From Gammaproteobacteria bacterium (lineage in GTDB: Bacteria > Pseudomonadota > Gammaproteobacteria > QZLD01), in the NCBI GenBank assembly GCA_004796385.1, contig QZLD01000028.1, positions 1-42,694 on the forward strand: a stretch of DNA of 42,694 nt. Reading direction: 5' to 3'. A model generated the notes under the pieces. It saw nothing but the letters and a program-made list of their open reading frames with translations. It did no database searches and was not told the DNA's origin. Made by a program: the position numbers and the translations under genes. Below, in pieces: positions 18,427-27,293 of this stretch. Numbering within the stretch: position 1 is the first letter of the stretch; each line of letters opens with the position of its first letter.

Positions 18427-18723
18427 TTGTATTCACATGGGCAATAAAAAAGCCGCGCTCCGCGGGGTGATGTTGGTGAAGGAGGCGGAGCGGACTATAT
18501 ATGTGTCCCGGCGAAAGGACACAATTGGAGGTTACACAAAGCTGGTTGAATATTCAATCGCTTTTGTTAATTGAAGGATGGAAATAATTTCAATAAATAT
18601 TTTTGATAATCTTTTGGAGTAAGGAGGGTATCGTTAAAATATAGGAGCGTATACTGCTTTGTAAATAGAGGGGGATAATGTTAATCTCTTTTCTTTCTTA
18701 ATCTAGTCTCAATAAGGATAAAT

Positions 18724-19500
18724 ATGTTAGTTGATTCGCACTGTCACATAGACACTATGGGCGATAAGACACTTAAAAGCGCAGCTGAATATATAAAAAA
18801 TGCCCAAGCTGCCGGAGTTGGATATTTGCAATGTGTCTCAATAAATATTAAGGATTTTCCAAATGTACTGAAAGTTGCACAAGAGTTTGAAAATGTCTAT
18901 GCCTCGGTCGGTGTTCACCCTAATTGTCGGGCAGAACTGGATGCCGGTGCTGATGAACTTATTCGCTTGGCGCAAGACAAAGAGATAATCTCTATAGGAG
19001 AAACCGGTCTTGACTATTATCGCAGTAGTGGAGATTTGGATTGGCAGCGGGACAGGTTCAGAAAGCACATTACTGTTGCTCGAGAGGTAAAAAAGCCATT
19101 GGTTATTCATATAAGGGATGCCTTTGATGATGCTTATGAAATCATGTGTGATGATGGCGTTGCAGATATAGGCGGTGTGATTCACTGTTTTACAGGAACG
19201 CTGGAGCAGGCTAAAAAGGTGATTGATCTTGGTTTTCATATTGGTATTTCCGGAATAGTCACCTATAAAAAGGCGGAAGAGATCCATGAGGTAGCGACCA
19301 ATATTCCATTGGAAAAATTATTGGTTGAGACCGATTCTCCATACTTGGCGCCAGTGCCGTACAGAGGAAAAAAGAATCAGCCTGCTTATGTGACCTATGT
19401 AGCCGAACGAATTGCCAGGTTGCGGGGTATTGATAAAATAGAAGTGGCTAAAGCGACTACTGAAAACTTTTTTAAATGTTTTAACCTAGAAAAACCATAA
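18724..19500 (+). CDS. TatD-family metal-dependent hydrolase (YcfH-like)
   Basis: The N-terminus MLVDSHCHID, plus GETGLDY, PLVIHIRDA, IHCFTG and LVETDSPYLAPVPYRGK.NQPA, are all hallmark TatD motifs. Confidence 0.9.
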   Translation: MLVDSHCHIDTMGDKTLKSAAEYIKNAQAAGVGYLQCVSINIKDFPNVLKVAQEFENVYASVGVHPNCRAELDAGADELIRLAQDKEIISIGETGLDYYRSSGDLDWQRDRFRKHITVAREVKKPLVIHIRDAFDDAYEIMCDDGVADIGGVIHCFTGTLEQAKKVIDLGFHIGISGIVTYKKAEEIHEVATNIPLEKLLVETDSPYLAPVPYRGKKNQPAYVTYVAERIARLRGIDKIEVAKATTENFFKCFNLEKP

Positions 19501-19502
19501 AA

Positions 19503-20165
19503 ATGAAAAAAATAATCATAATACTATTAACTTGTTTTTGTTCTATGGCAGGGGCGATAGATGCTTCTGTTCAACTGAAGAAATTCTATGATCAAAACCA
19601 TTCGATAATTGCCGATTTTAAACAGAACTCTTATGACACTCAAGGAAAACTGATGCAGAACTCATCAGGAAAGATGGCAATTAAAAGACCGGGACTGTTT
19701 CGCTGGGATTATGCAGAGCCATTCGAGCAGCAGATAATTGCAGATGGAAAGGATATCTGGGTTTATGATAAAGATTTGGATCAAGTATCCGTTAGAGGCC
19801 AGAAAGAGGCATTGGGAGCAACTCCGTCAAGTGTTTTAATGGAAGGTTATAAGGTTGTTGAGGAACAGTTCAACCTTGAAGATCATGGAGAGATAAATGG
19901 CTACAACATTGTTATGTTAAAACCTAAAAAAGAAGAGTGCGAATATAAACTTATTGTTATAGCTTTTTTTGAGCAAAAGTTGACAATAATGGAGATAGAA
20001 GATCGTTTTGGACAGAAAACCACTTTTAGGTTTGTAAACATAAAGGGAAATCCTGAATTACCTGAAGACTATTTTACCTTTGTTGTTCCTGAAGGAGTGG
20101 ATGTTATTGGCCCAAAAGTTCAGGGAAAAGAAGAAAAACGACAAAAAAAGCCTGAAAAAAAATAG
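19503..20165 (+). CDS. lolA: Outer-membrane lipoprotein carrier protein LolA
   Basis: It has a signal peptide, and F.Q...D..G......G...IKRPGLFRWDY..P..Q.I.ADGK.IWVYD.DL.QV is collinear with E. coli LolA. It has an extra Lys-rich C-terminal tail, GKEEKRQKKPEKK. Confidence 0.85.
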   Translation: MKKIIIILLTCFCSMAGAIDASVQLKKFYDQNHSIIADFKQNSYDTQGKLMQNSSGKMAIKRPGLFRWDYAEPFEQQIIADGKDIWVYDKDLDQVSVRGQKEALGATPSSVLMEGYKVVEEQFNLEDHGEINGYNIVMLKPKKEECEYKLIVIAFFEQKLTIMEIEDRFGQKTTFRFVNIKGNPELPEDYFTFVVPEGVDVIGPKVQGKEEKRQKKPEKK

Positions 20166-20169
20166 ACTG

Positions 20170-21468
20170 ATGGAAAAATATGAGCCATTGGCGGCACGAA
20201 TGCGGCCACGCAATCTTGAAGAATACATAGGTCAGGAGCACATTCTTGCAAAAGGCACTCCCCTACGGGAAATGCTTGAATCTGGAGTTATTCACTCCAT
20301 GGTTTTTTGGGGGCCTCCGGGAACAGGTAAAACTACTCTTGCCAGAATAATTGCCACTGTTTGTGATGCAGATTTTATTACCGTTTCAGCAGTTATGTCT
20401 GGTGTTAAAGATATCAGGGCAGCAGTCGAAGCTGCTCGGCAAACCATGTTGGCGCAATCTCGCAGAACCATACTTTTCATTGACGAGGTCCATCGTTTTA
20501 ACAAATCACAACAAGATGCTTTTTTGCCATATGTAGAGGATGGGACAGTAACGTTTATTGGAGCTACAACTGAAAATCCGTCATTTGAACTTAACAATGC
20601 GCTGTTGTCTCGTGTTCGTGTTTATATACTTAAAGCACTTACTCAGGAAAACATAATAAAGATTATTAAAGTGGCGTTGGCAGATACCAGAGGTCTTAAT
20701 GAAAGGCAGATAGAGGTAGAGCCAAAAGCTATGGAATTGCTGGCAAAATCAGCTGACGGTGATGCCAGAAAATCATTAACACTTCTTGAGGCAGCGGCAG
20801 ACTTTGCAGAAGTAGATAGGAATAGCAAGCGCATAATTAAACAGGAGACCATTGCCGAGATTATTGCAGGAGGAGGGCGTCGTTTCGATAAAGGCGGGGA
20901 ATATTTTTATGATCAGATATCTGCTCTTCATAAATCTGTTAGAGGTTCTGCTCCTGATGCAGCGTTATACTGGCTCTTGCGAATGTTGGATGGAGGCGCA
21001 GATCCATACTATCTTGGGCGGAGAATTATCCGTATGGCGACCGAGGATATCGGTAATGCTGATCCGCGCGCATTGCAGTTGGCTTTGAATGCGTGGGAAA
21101 CATACGAAAAATTAGGAAGTCCGGAAGGGGATTTGGCATTGGCACAGGCAGTCATTTATCTCGCTTCTGCGCCTAAAAGCAATGCGGTATATGTTGCCTA
21201 TAACAAAGCTATAAAAGATATTAGAAAGGGTGGGAGTGCCGAGGTGCCTCTGCATTTAAGAAATTCGCCAACAAAATTGATGAAAGATATCGGTTATGGT
21301 AAAGAGTATCGTTATGCTCATGATGAGCCAGACGCTTATGCCGCTGGAGAGAATTATTTTCCGGAAGGGGTGGAAGGCAAAATATATTATCAGCCGGTAA
21401 ATCGGGGGTTGGAAATAAAGATTAAACAGAAGCTGCAAAGACTAAAAGAGTTGGATAAGAAAAAATAA
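20170..21468 (+). CDS. rarA: Replication-associated recombination protein A (AAA+ ATPase RarA/MgsA)
   Basis: Matching segments are PLAARMRPRNLEEYIGQEHIL, Walker A GPPGTGKTTLA, Walker B LFIDEVHRFNK and ..GATTENPSFE... The lolA-rarA adjacency is the same as in E. coli. The track ORF start at 20080 overlaps lolA, so I prefer the ATG at 20170 (MEKYEPL). Confidence 0.9.
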   Translation: MEKYEPLAARMRPRNLEEYIGQEHILAKGTPLREMLESGVIHSMVFWGPPGTGKTTLARIIATVCDADFITVSAVMSGVKDIRAAVEAARQTMLAQSRRTILFIDEVHRFNKSQQDAFLPYVEDGTVTFIGATTENPSFELNNALLSRVRVYILKALTQENIIKIIKVALADTRGLNERQIEVEPKAMELLAKSADGDARKSLTLLEAAADFAEVDRNSKRIIKQETIAEIIAGGGRRFDKGGEYFYDQISALHKSVRGSAPDAALYWLLRMLDGGADPYYLGRRIIRMATEDIGNADPRALQLALNAWETYEKLGSPEGDLALAQAVIYLASAPKSNAVYVAYNKAIKDIRKGGSAEVPLHLRNSPTKLMKDIGYGKEYRYAHDEPDAYAAGENYFPEGVEGKIYYQPVNRGLEIKIKQKLQRLKELDKKK

Positions 21469-21478
21469 ATGAAAATAA

Positions 21479-21507
21479 GGGATGTCTGTAAGCAGACATC
21501 CCTTTCT
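21479..21507. terminator. Hairpin terminator between the convergent genes rarA and the binding-protein gene
   Basis: It is a perfect 10-bp stem gggatgtctg-taag-cagacatccc, flanked by aaaataa on one side and tttct on the other. Confidence 0.7.
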
Positions 21508-21518
21508 AAACGTTAAAT

Positions 21519-22802
21519 TTAATTACTAATAAACGGGCACTCGCTCTCTTCAAGTGGGCGAAAGGCATCTTCTCCTGGAATAATGTCGATAAGTTTTAGG
21601 TAATCCCAGGCTTCAGTAGTTTCTTCTGGTGATTTTACCTCTACCAAATACATATCGTGAACCATTCTGCCATCAGTTCTTACATAGGCATTTCTGGCAA
21701 AAGGATCATTTTTATCAATAGGCAGGCTCTTCATCATACGAGCCACCTTTATTCCATCATCTGTACCGCTTCTCTTAACACTTCTAAGATAGTGAAAAAC
21801 TGAAGAGTACATGGCTGCCTGAGCAGAGCTTGGAGCAGAGCCGTGGCGGGCAAGGAATCTTTTTGAGAATTCTTTGGTGACATTGTCATAATTCCAGTAA
21901 AACGGAGATACAAATTGTAGGCCTCGGCTGGAATATAATCCTAATTGCCTGATATCCTGAAGTAATGTGAGCAGACTTACAATACTTCCCTCTTCAACAA
22001 AAAGTCCCGATTCATGAATTTGTCTAACGGCGGCAACAGATTCACTACCGGCATTAGCGATAGCAATTACAGTAGCCCCCATGTTTTTGGCTTTTTCAAT
22101 TTCGGGTTTAAAATTTGTTTTACCGCTTTTCCAAGGAAAGCCTTTAATGCCTAGAATTTTGCCTCCATTCGACTCTATAAATGGTTTTGCATCAGCAGCA
22201 GAAGGTTGCACAAAACCATCAAGTCCAATGAAATACCACTTGCCGCCATCTTTGTTGGAAGCAATAGCCTTGGTTAATCCTTTTGAAAGAGCGTAAGTGT
22301 CGAAAGACCAGTGAAAACCTGTTTTGCTGCAGTTCTTGTTTGTTAAGGATGAGCTGCCGGCACCAACAACAATGGTTACAATCTTTTTTCTGTTTGCATA
22401 TTTATAAATAGGAATAGCGGTGGAGGAGCCGGAAAGTTCGGTGATTACATCAAAGCCATCATCAATTAGCCTTTTAGCTAAAGCAGACGCCTCTTCTCCT
22501 TTTTTATGTTTATGGTCAATAAGTTGGATTTCAACTGCATAATCACCAACTTTACCGCCAATATCATCAAGAGCCATTTCGGCAGCAACCAGAGCTCCCT
22601 GGCCGACAGACTCAGACCAACTGCCTTCCACATCTGTGACAACCGCAATTCTAATTACATCATCGCTGAATTGATTGGGGGTATTGGTAGCATAGATATT
22701 AAACGCCAGAGATAGCGCTAAGATCGACATGAAAATCCTTTTAAATGTAATTCCCATCCTGGAAAGGCAGATATTATGCCTGTGGTTATTACCTGTTTTC
22801 AT
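21519..22802 (-). CDS. Periplasmic ABC substrate-binding protein, LivK/branched-chain amino-acid type, orphan
   Basis: It has a signal peptide (..FMSILALSLAFNIYA), followed by IRIAVVTDVEGSWSESVGQGALVAAEMALDDIGGKV.. typical of Peripla_BP_6. The true start is probably the internal Met at 22757. There are no permease or ATPase genes nearby. Confidence 0.7.
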   Translation of the reverse strand: MKTGNNHRHNICLSRMGITFKRIFMSILALSLAFNIYATNTPNQFSDDVIRIAVVTDVEGSWSESVGQGALVAAEMALDDIGGKVGDYAVEIQLIDHKHKKGEEASALAKRLIDDGFDVITELSGSSTAIPIYKYANRKKIVTIVVGAGSSSLTNKNCSKTGFHWSFDTYALSKGLTKAIASNKDGGKWYFIGLDGFVQPSAADAKPFIESNGGKILGIKGFPWKSGKTNFKPEIEKAKNMGATVIAIANAGSESVAAVRQIHESGLFVEEGSIVSLLTLLQDIRQLGLYSSRGLQFVSPFYWNYDNVTKEFSKRFLARHGSAPSSAQAAMYSSVFHYLRSVKRSGTDDGIKVARMMKSLPIDKNDPFARNAYVRTDGRMVHDMYLVEVKSPEETTEAWDYLKLIDIIPGEDAFRPLEESECPFISN

Positions 22803-23049
22803 GATTTCCGTCCTATATAGTTATTATTATTTTTATTGCCACGATTTGTTTCGCAGTCTTTTGATTGTGGATAACCGATATTATAGGAATATTAAATGTT
22901 GTCCACGTTTTAATTATTTTTTGATTTACTTTTTGTAGACCTGTTTCTTTGAACAGTTTATCAATTTTACAATAAAGAGCGAATTTTTTTGTGTGCTGTT
23001 TCACACTTTAGTTGTTGTGGCTTGATAGTAGGTGTACGCAGTTGAAAAT

Positions 23050-23093
23050 AAATACCATTAGGGGGAGATTCTTTCCTCCCCCTAATGGTATTT
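23050..23093 (-). terminator. Strong hairpin terminator downstream of the YcfJ-like gene
   Basis: It is a perfect 18-bp inverted repeat, aaataccattagggggag (23050..23067) and ctccccctaatggtattt (23076..23093), with an 8-nt loop. It lies 15 nt beyond the stop codon. Confidence 0.7.
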
Positions 23094-23107
23094 ATGATGC
23101 GTGATTT

Positions 23108-23890
23108 TTAATGAGAAATGCTGATTTTGATTCTATCGCCTGGATGAGTATCTGTTTCAGTGTGGTATATGTTTCCATCGAATGAGTACGATACATCATA
23201 GCCTGCAACTCTTTCTTCGTTATGGTATGTACTTACAGTATTGCATCTTTCTTCAATGGTTGTATAAGGGGTCTCTTTTGATTTCCCATTTCCTCCAATG
23301 GCTGCACCTATTATTGCTCCTGCTGCTATAGCTGCTTTTCTGCTATGTCCTTTTCCAACCCTGTTGCCAATAGCTCCACCAATTATACCACCTAATATCA
23401 TTCCACCGGCATTATCTGCTTGGTGAGTAACTTCTTCATTCCAGCATTCAGTTTGAGGAGTTGAAACTCTAACCATTTTAATTACAGGGGTTACCTCTAC
23501 AACATCTGCATAGTAATAACCCGGTTCATAGTAAGTCGCTGTTGAAACCATCGTGGTAGAGATAACTCGAGTATGAACTACATGGTTGCGGATTATGGGG
23601 GTTATTAAGATAGGTGTTATGAATGCCAGTCTGTGACGTTTATGATGTTTACGGTGTTTATGTTTATAAACTACGGGTTTGTGTTTGTAAACTTTGTGTT
23701 TATGGTGTCTGTGTTTGTAAGCTTTATGTTTATGGTGTCTGTGTTTGTAAGTCTTATGTTTATAGTACTCTTTTTTATATTCTGCTTTTTCTTTTGGCTC
23801 GTATCTATGATGTCTGGCATTAGCCGTTGTTGAAATGGCTAATATAATAATTCCGGTAAAAGCAATTATTGTTTTCTGTAGGGTTTTCAT
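23108..23890 (-). CDS. YcfJ-like glycine-zipper 2TM protein with an N-terminal His/Lys/Tyr-rich repeat extension
   Basis: The signal peptide is MKTLQKTIIAFTGIIILAISTTANA. The C-terminal ~130 aa are collinear with E. coli YcfJ (TP..EC....VTH, GG.IGG.IG...G.G...A...GA..GA.GG, Y....ERC.TV, GYDV.Y...G......D.PG..I). The N-terminal part is KHKTYKHRHHKHKAYKHRHHKHKVYKHK..KHKHRKHHKRHR. Confidence 0.75.
   Translation of the reverse strand: MKTLQKTIIAFTGIIILAISTTANARHHRYEPKEKAEYKKEYYKHKTYKHRHHKHKAYKHRHHKHKVYKHKPVVYKHKHRKHHKRHRLAFITPILITPIIRNHVVHTRVISTTMVSTATYYEPGYYYADVVEVTPVIKMVRVSTPQTECWNEEVTHQADNAGGMILGGIIGGAIGNRVGKGHSRKAAIAAGAIIGAAIGGNGKSKETPYTTIEERCNTVSTYHNEERVAGYDVSYSFDGNIYHTETDTHPGDRIKISISH
23641..23770 (-). 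repeat. Imperfect 30-bp tandem repeats encoding the (x)YKHRHHKHK decapeptide
   Basis: On the plus strand, 23697..23726 (tgtttatggtgtctgtgtttgtaagcttta) and 23727..23756 (tgtttatggtgtctgtgtttgtaagtctta) differ at 2 positions. More diverged copies flank them on both sides. Confidence 0.75.
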
Positions 23891-24221
23891 TTTTTTCTCC
23901 GAATCCGGTTATTTGTAAATAATCTAAATTAATAGTACTCCTGTAAAAATGAACCTAAACTTAATAGGTCTCTGTTGTGGAAAGAATTGATGCAAATATA
24001 GATTCAAGAACAAGCCATAAACAGGATAGCAAAGAATGGTTGCAATTAGTTGCTTTCTTATTGAAGAAATTATTTTAATCGTAATGATATTTGCGATTAA
24101 TATACGATGGATTTTTATAATAAATGCGCTAACTATTACTTAAGTTTTTGTATATTCAATAGTTATGTTGGTAAGGAGGAGGCAGAAGAGGTTTCAGATG
24201 TTATATTGTTGGGCAGTCAAT

Positions 24222-26048
24222 TTAGTACTCGTTTACATTTAATTCGCCAGAAATGAATTTTTCATCTAGGTCGTGTGAATTCAGTGGTTTACTGAAAAAG
24301 TATCCCTGTACTGTATTGCAGCCCATATCTCTTAATTGCCAGAATGTTTCTTCGGTTTCAACACCTTCAGCAACTATTTCCAGTCCAAGGTTGTGCCCCA
24401 TTTCAATAGTGGCATGAACAATCATCAGGTCGTCTTTATCTTCCAGCATATCCATTACAAAGGATTTGTCTATTTTCAATTCATCAAGAGGCAACTGTTT
24501 AAGATAAGTCAGAGATGAATAGCCGGTTCCGAAATCATCAACAGAAATTTTTACCCCTTTTTCATCCAGAGATTTAAGTATTTCGCTGGCTGCAGATTTT
24601 TCAATCATCATTGCTGTTTCTGTTAGTTCCAAAACTAACAGGTCATGCGGCAAACTGTAGCTTGCCAGAAGATTTATTATATAGTCGTCCAACCCTTTTT
24701 CCTGCAGGTTTAACGGAGATATATTTACACTCATTCTAAGAGGAGAGCCTCTCTCCAGAAACTCGGCGCATTTACTTAAGGCTCTGTTCAATACCCACCG
24801 GGAAAGAGGTTTTATTACTCCTGTTTGTTCTGCTAATGGAATAAATTCATCAGGAGGAATGTAGCCGTGACTTGGATGTTTCCAGCGTATGAGAGCTTCA
24901 AGACCAAGTACTCCGCCACTAAGTGTATCTATTTGCGGTTGGTAGAATAATTCCAGTTCGTCATTCTCCAGAGCATTTCGTAGCTCAGTCATTAAGGAAA
25001 GCCGACGGCTACTGTATGGGTCGATATCTGGCGCATATTCAGCGTAGTGATCAAGTGAATTAAAGGCCATTTCCATTGCTATTTGTGCATGTTGTATAAG
25101 AGTATCGTAGCAATCTCCATGTTCCGGATAGCTGGAAATCCCTACTAAGGCACCTATATCCAGCGACATTCCCTGAAATTCAAAAGGACGTTGCATTTCA
25201 TTTAGAATTTGCTCGGCAACCTTTCTTATTGGAATATTCAGTTTTTCTGCATTTATCAGCATGGCAAAACTTACCCCCTGAAGCAGAGCCAGCGATTTGT
25301 TCTCCTCAATATTTATTGAGAAGTCCAGTTTCTCTCCCATATCATTAAGTCTTACGGCTGCCTGCATTAAAAGTTTATCGCCATTTTGATATCCTAGAAC
25401 ATTGTTTATTTCATCGAAATGCTTTAAATAAATAATTAATGTATATACCGACGGGCATTCGTCAATCTCGATAATCTGAGAAAAACGATGTTGTAGCAGG
25501 AGCGAGTTGGGGAATCCTGTTCTTCTGTCATAAAGTGCAGCTTTAAGAATATCCTTTTCATAGCGGTAAACCAGGTCTGGTTTAACTACATCGTCTTTTG
25601 TGGATTCTTTCAGTTCTTCTTGTAGAAAGCTGATTTTGGCAATATTTTTAATTCTGGTAATAACATCCTCATTTATGAATGGTTTTTTAAGGAAATCGTC
25701 AATTGAATTATCTAGTCTATTTAGCAGCTTCCTATTTTTTTCATCCGGGATTGCGCTATTAAAAACAGCGACAACCAAAGGTTTTTCTGAACATATCGAA
25801 TTATTAATGTTGTATATGATTTTTTCACCGCTGATATCAGGCATATCCATATCGAGAATAATAATATCAGGGTCATAGGTGGGTATTAGGTCAGATGCTT
25901 TGTGAGGATCGTAAAGACTCAAAATGTTTTCATACCCGTTGGATGTGAGTATGTCTGAGAGAATCTCATGATTTATGGGCTGATCGTCAATAATCAGTAT
26001 TTTTCTGTTTTTATAGGCATCTTTGCCGGGCCGCATATTTTCTGCCAT
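24222..26048 (-). CDS. Response regulator: REC - degenerate GGDEF - EAL (predicted c-di-GMP phosphodiesterase)
   Basis: The REC domain shows ILIIDDQ, DIIILDMDMPDISG and LKKPF. The GGDEF-fold region has the signature replaced by QGVSF (..ALLQGVSFAMLIN). The EAL domain appears intact: ELFYQPQ, GLEALIRW, SVNISP, LELTE, ISVDDFGTGYSSL, KIDKSF, VAEGVETEE, QGYFFSKP. The ORF extends to a GTG at 26069, and the first ATG is at 26048. Confidence 0.85.
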   Translation of the reverse strand: MAENMRPGKDAYKNRKILIIDDQPINHEILSDILTSNGYENILSLYDPHKASDLIPTYDPDIIILDMDMPDISGEKIIYNINNSICSEKPLVVAVFNSAIPDEKNRKLLNRLDNSIDDFLKKPFINEDVITRIKNIAKISFLQEELKESTKDDVVKPDLVYRYEKDILKAALYDRRTGFPNSLLLQHRFSQIIEIDECPSVYTLIIYLKHFDEINNVLGYQNGDKLLMQAAVRLNDMGEKLDFSINIEENKSLALLQGVSFAMLINAEKLNIPIRKVAEQILNEMQRPFEFQGMSLDIGALVGISSYPEHGDCYDTLIQHAQIAMEMAFNSLDHYAEYAPDIDPYSSRRLSLMTELRNALENDELELFYQPQIDTLSGGVLGLEALIRWKHPSHGYIPPDEFIPLAEQTGVIKPLSRWVLNRALSKCAEFLERGSPLRMSVNISPLNLQEKGLDDYIINLLASYSLPHDLLVLELTETAMMIEKSAASEILKSLDEKGVKISVDDFGTGYSSLTYLKQLPLDELKIDKSFVMDMLEDKDDLMIVHATIEMGHNLGLEIVAEGVETEETFWQLRDMGCNTVQGYFFSKPLNSHDLDEKFISGELNVNEY

Positions 26049-26349
26049 ACCTTTGTAAATTGATAACACCTAAGCAGAGTTTAGTAAAAAACTGCAACAA
26101 TTCATGATATTTGTGTTTTTATTGGGGTATATCTTTTAGAAAAAGGTGAAAATGAGGACTATTTGACAGTTATCAGCGGTAAGGTATTCAAATTGCCATT
26201 TTGATTTGCATCAAAAAAGTTAAATACTTGAAATGTTTTTCAAAATATAGATACTGGCAGCATATTTATAAGTTTATTAGGGAGTTTTTCTGTATTTGCC
26301 AAGAAAACTTCTGCTTTACAAAGTTGCGTTATTGGAGAACATAGGGATT

Positions 26350-27288
26350 ATGCTCAGAATTATCACTGTTATTATTACGATGTTCATTTCGCTGGCCTTT
26401 GCGGAAGAGGTTGATTACTCAGATCTAAAAAAAGTGCCGGATATTGATACTGGTTTTTATATACCGGTAGAAGTTAAAGATGAAAGTGTTCCCTATATAA
26501 AAAATGTTTTCAGGAAGGTTTATTTCCCCAAAGGAGATATTTTTCAGCCTGTTGTAGCAGAAGTGAAAGAGCATCAGTTTTATATAAGTTTTAACCGTTT
26601 TGATACAAACTGGAATCTTGGGAATACCAATGGTGCCAATGTTGGGTTTGGGGAAAAGTTCGGAATTGTAAAGTGGCAGAAATTTAATAATGAGTGGCAG
26701 GTAAGTATAGTTGGGGGGTTATTTGCACAATTTAATCTTGAAGCACAGTCTCATGATCTTATTAATGCCGATTACAATATCGGGGTTAGTCTTTCCAGGC
26801 GTATAGATAATCTTGCTTACAGAACCAGGCTTTATCATCAGAGCACGCATCTTGGAGACGAGTATGTTCTTAAGGATCGTAACTGGTTGGACAGAAGAAA
26901 CTTTAACTATGAGGCTGTAGACTGTGCTGTATGTAAAGACTGGAGGCCATGGAAGATTTGTGGTGGTGGAGCTTATATTTTAAGGGTTTGGCCGGAAGAT
27001 TATGAAAGATTCTCCTTTAACATTGGTGGAGAGTATCGAGCCAATCGCAACCTTGATATGTTCGGTGTTTTTGGTCGTTATATCGCCGGAGTTCAAGTTA
27101 TAACCAATGAGCAGAATGATTGGAATATAAATACCAGTGTTAAAGGTGGAGTTGAATTTGGTGAAGGAGGAACCGGCAGGAGAAAAATGAGGTTTCTTCT
27201 GGAATTTTATGATGGTTATGTACCATATGGGCAGTTTTACGACAAAAAGATGAGGACAATAGGTATGGGGATTTATCTTGGTTTTTAG
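26350..27288 (+). CDS. Outer-membrane beta-barrel protein, family uncertain (possibly DUF1207-like)
   Basis: The signal peptide is MLRIITVIITMFISLAFA and the C-terminus is GMGIYLGF. There is a conserved-looking motif RLYHQSTHLGDEY. The track start at 26296 is a TTG, so I prefer the ATG at 26350. Confidence 0.5.
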   Translation: MLRIITVIITMFISLAFAEEVDYSDLKKVPDIDTGFYIPVEVKDESVPYIKNVFRKVYFPKGDIFQPVVAEVKEHQFYISFNRFDTNWNLGNTNGANVGFGEKFGIVKWQKFNNEWQVSIVGGLFAQFNLEAQSHDLINADYNIGVSLSRRIDNLAYRTRLYHQSTHLGDEYVLKDRNWLDRRNFNYEAVDCAVCKDWRPWKICGGGAYILRVWPEDYERFSFNIGGEYRANRNLDMFGVFGRYIAGVQVITNEQNDWNINTSVKGGVEFGEGGTGRRKMRFLLEFYDGYVPYGQFYDKKMRTIGMGIYLGF

Positions 27289-27293
27289 TATTA

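Noticed and set aside
20080-20169. N-terminal extension of the rarA ORF, overlapping lolA by ~86 nt
   Set aside because: Alignment with RarA begins at MEKYEPLAARMRP (ATG at 20170), 4 nt after the lolA stop. The extension merely reads through the Lys-rich lolA tail in another frame.
23623-23833. Plus-strand Cys/Val/Tyr- or Phe/Val/Met-rich 66-aa ORFs
   Set aside because: They are mirror-frame products of the 30-bp His/Lys/Tyr repeats in the minus-strand YcfJ-like gene.
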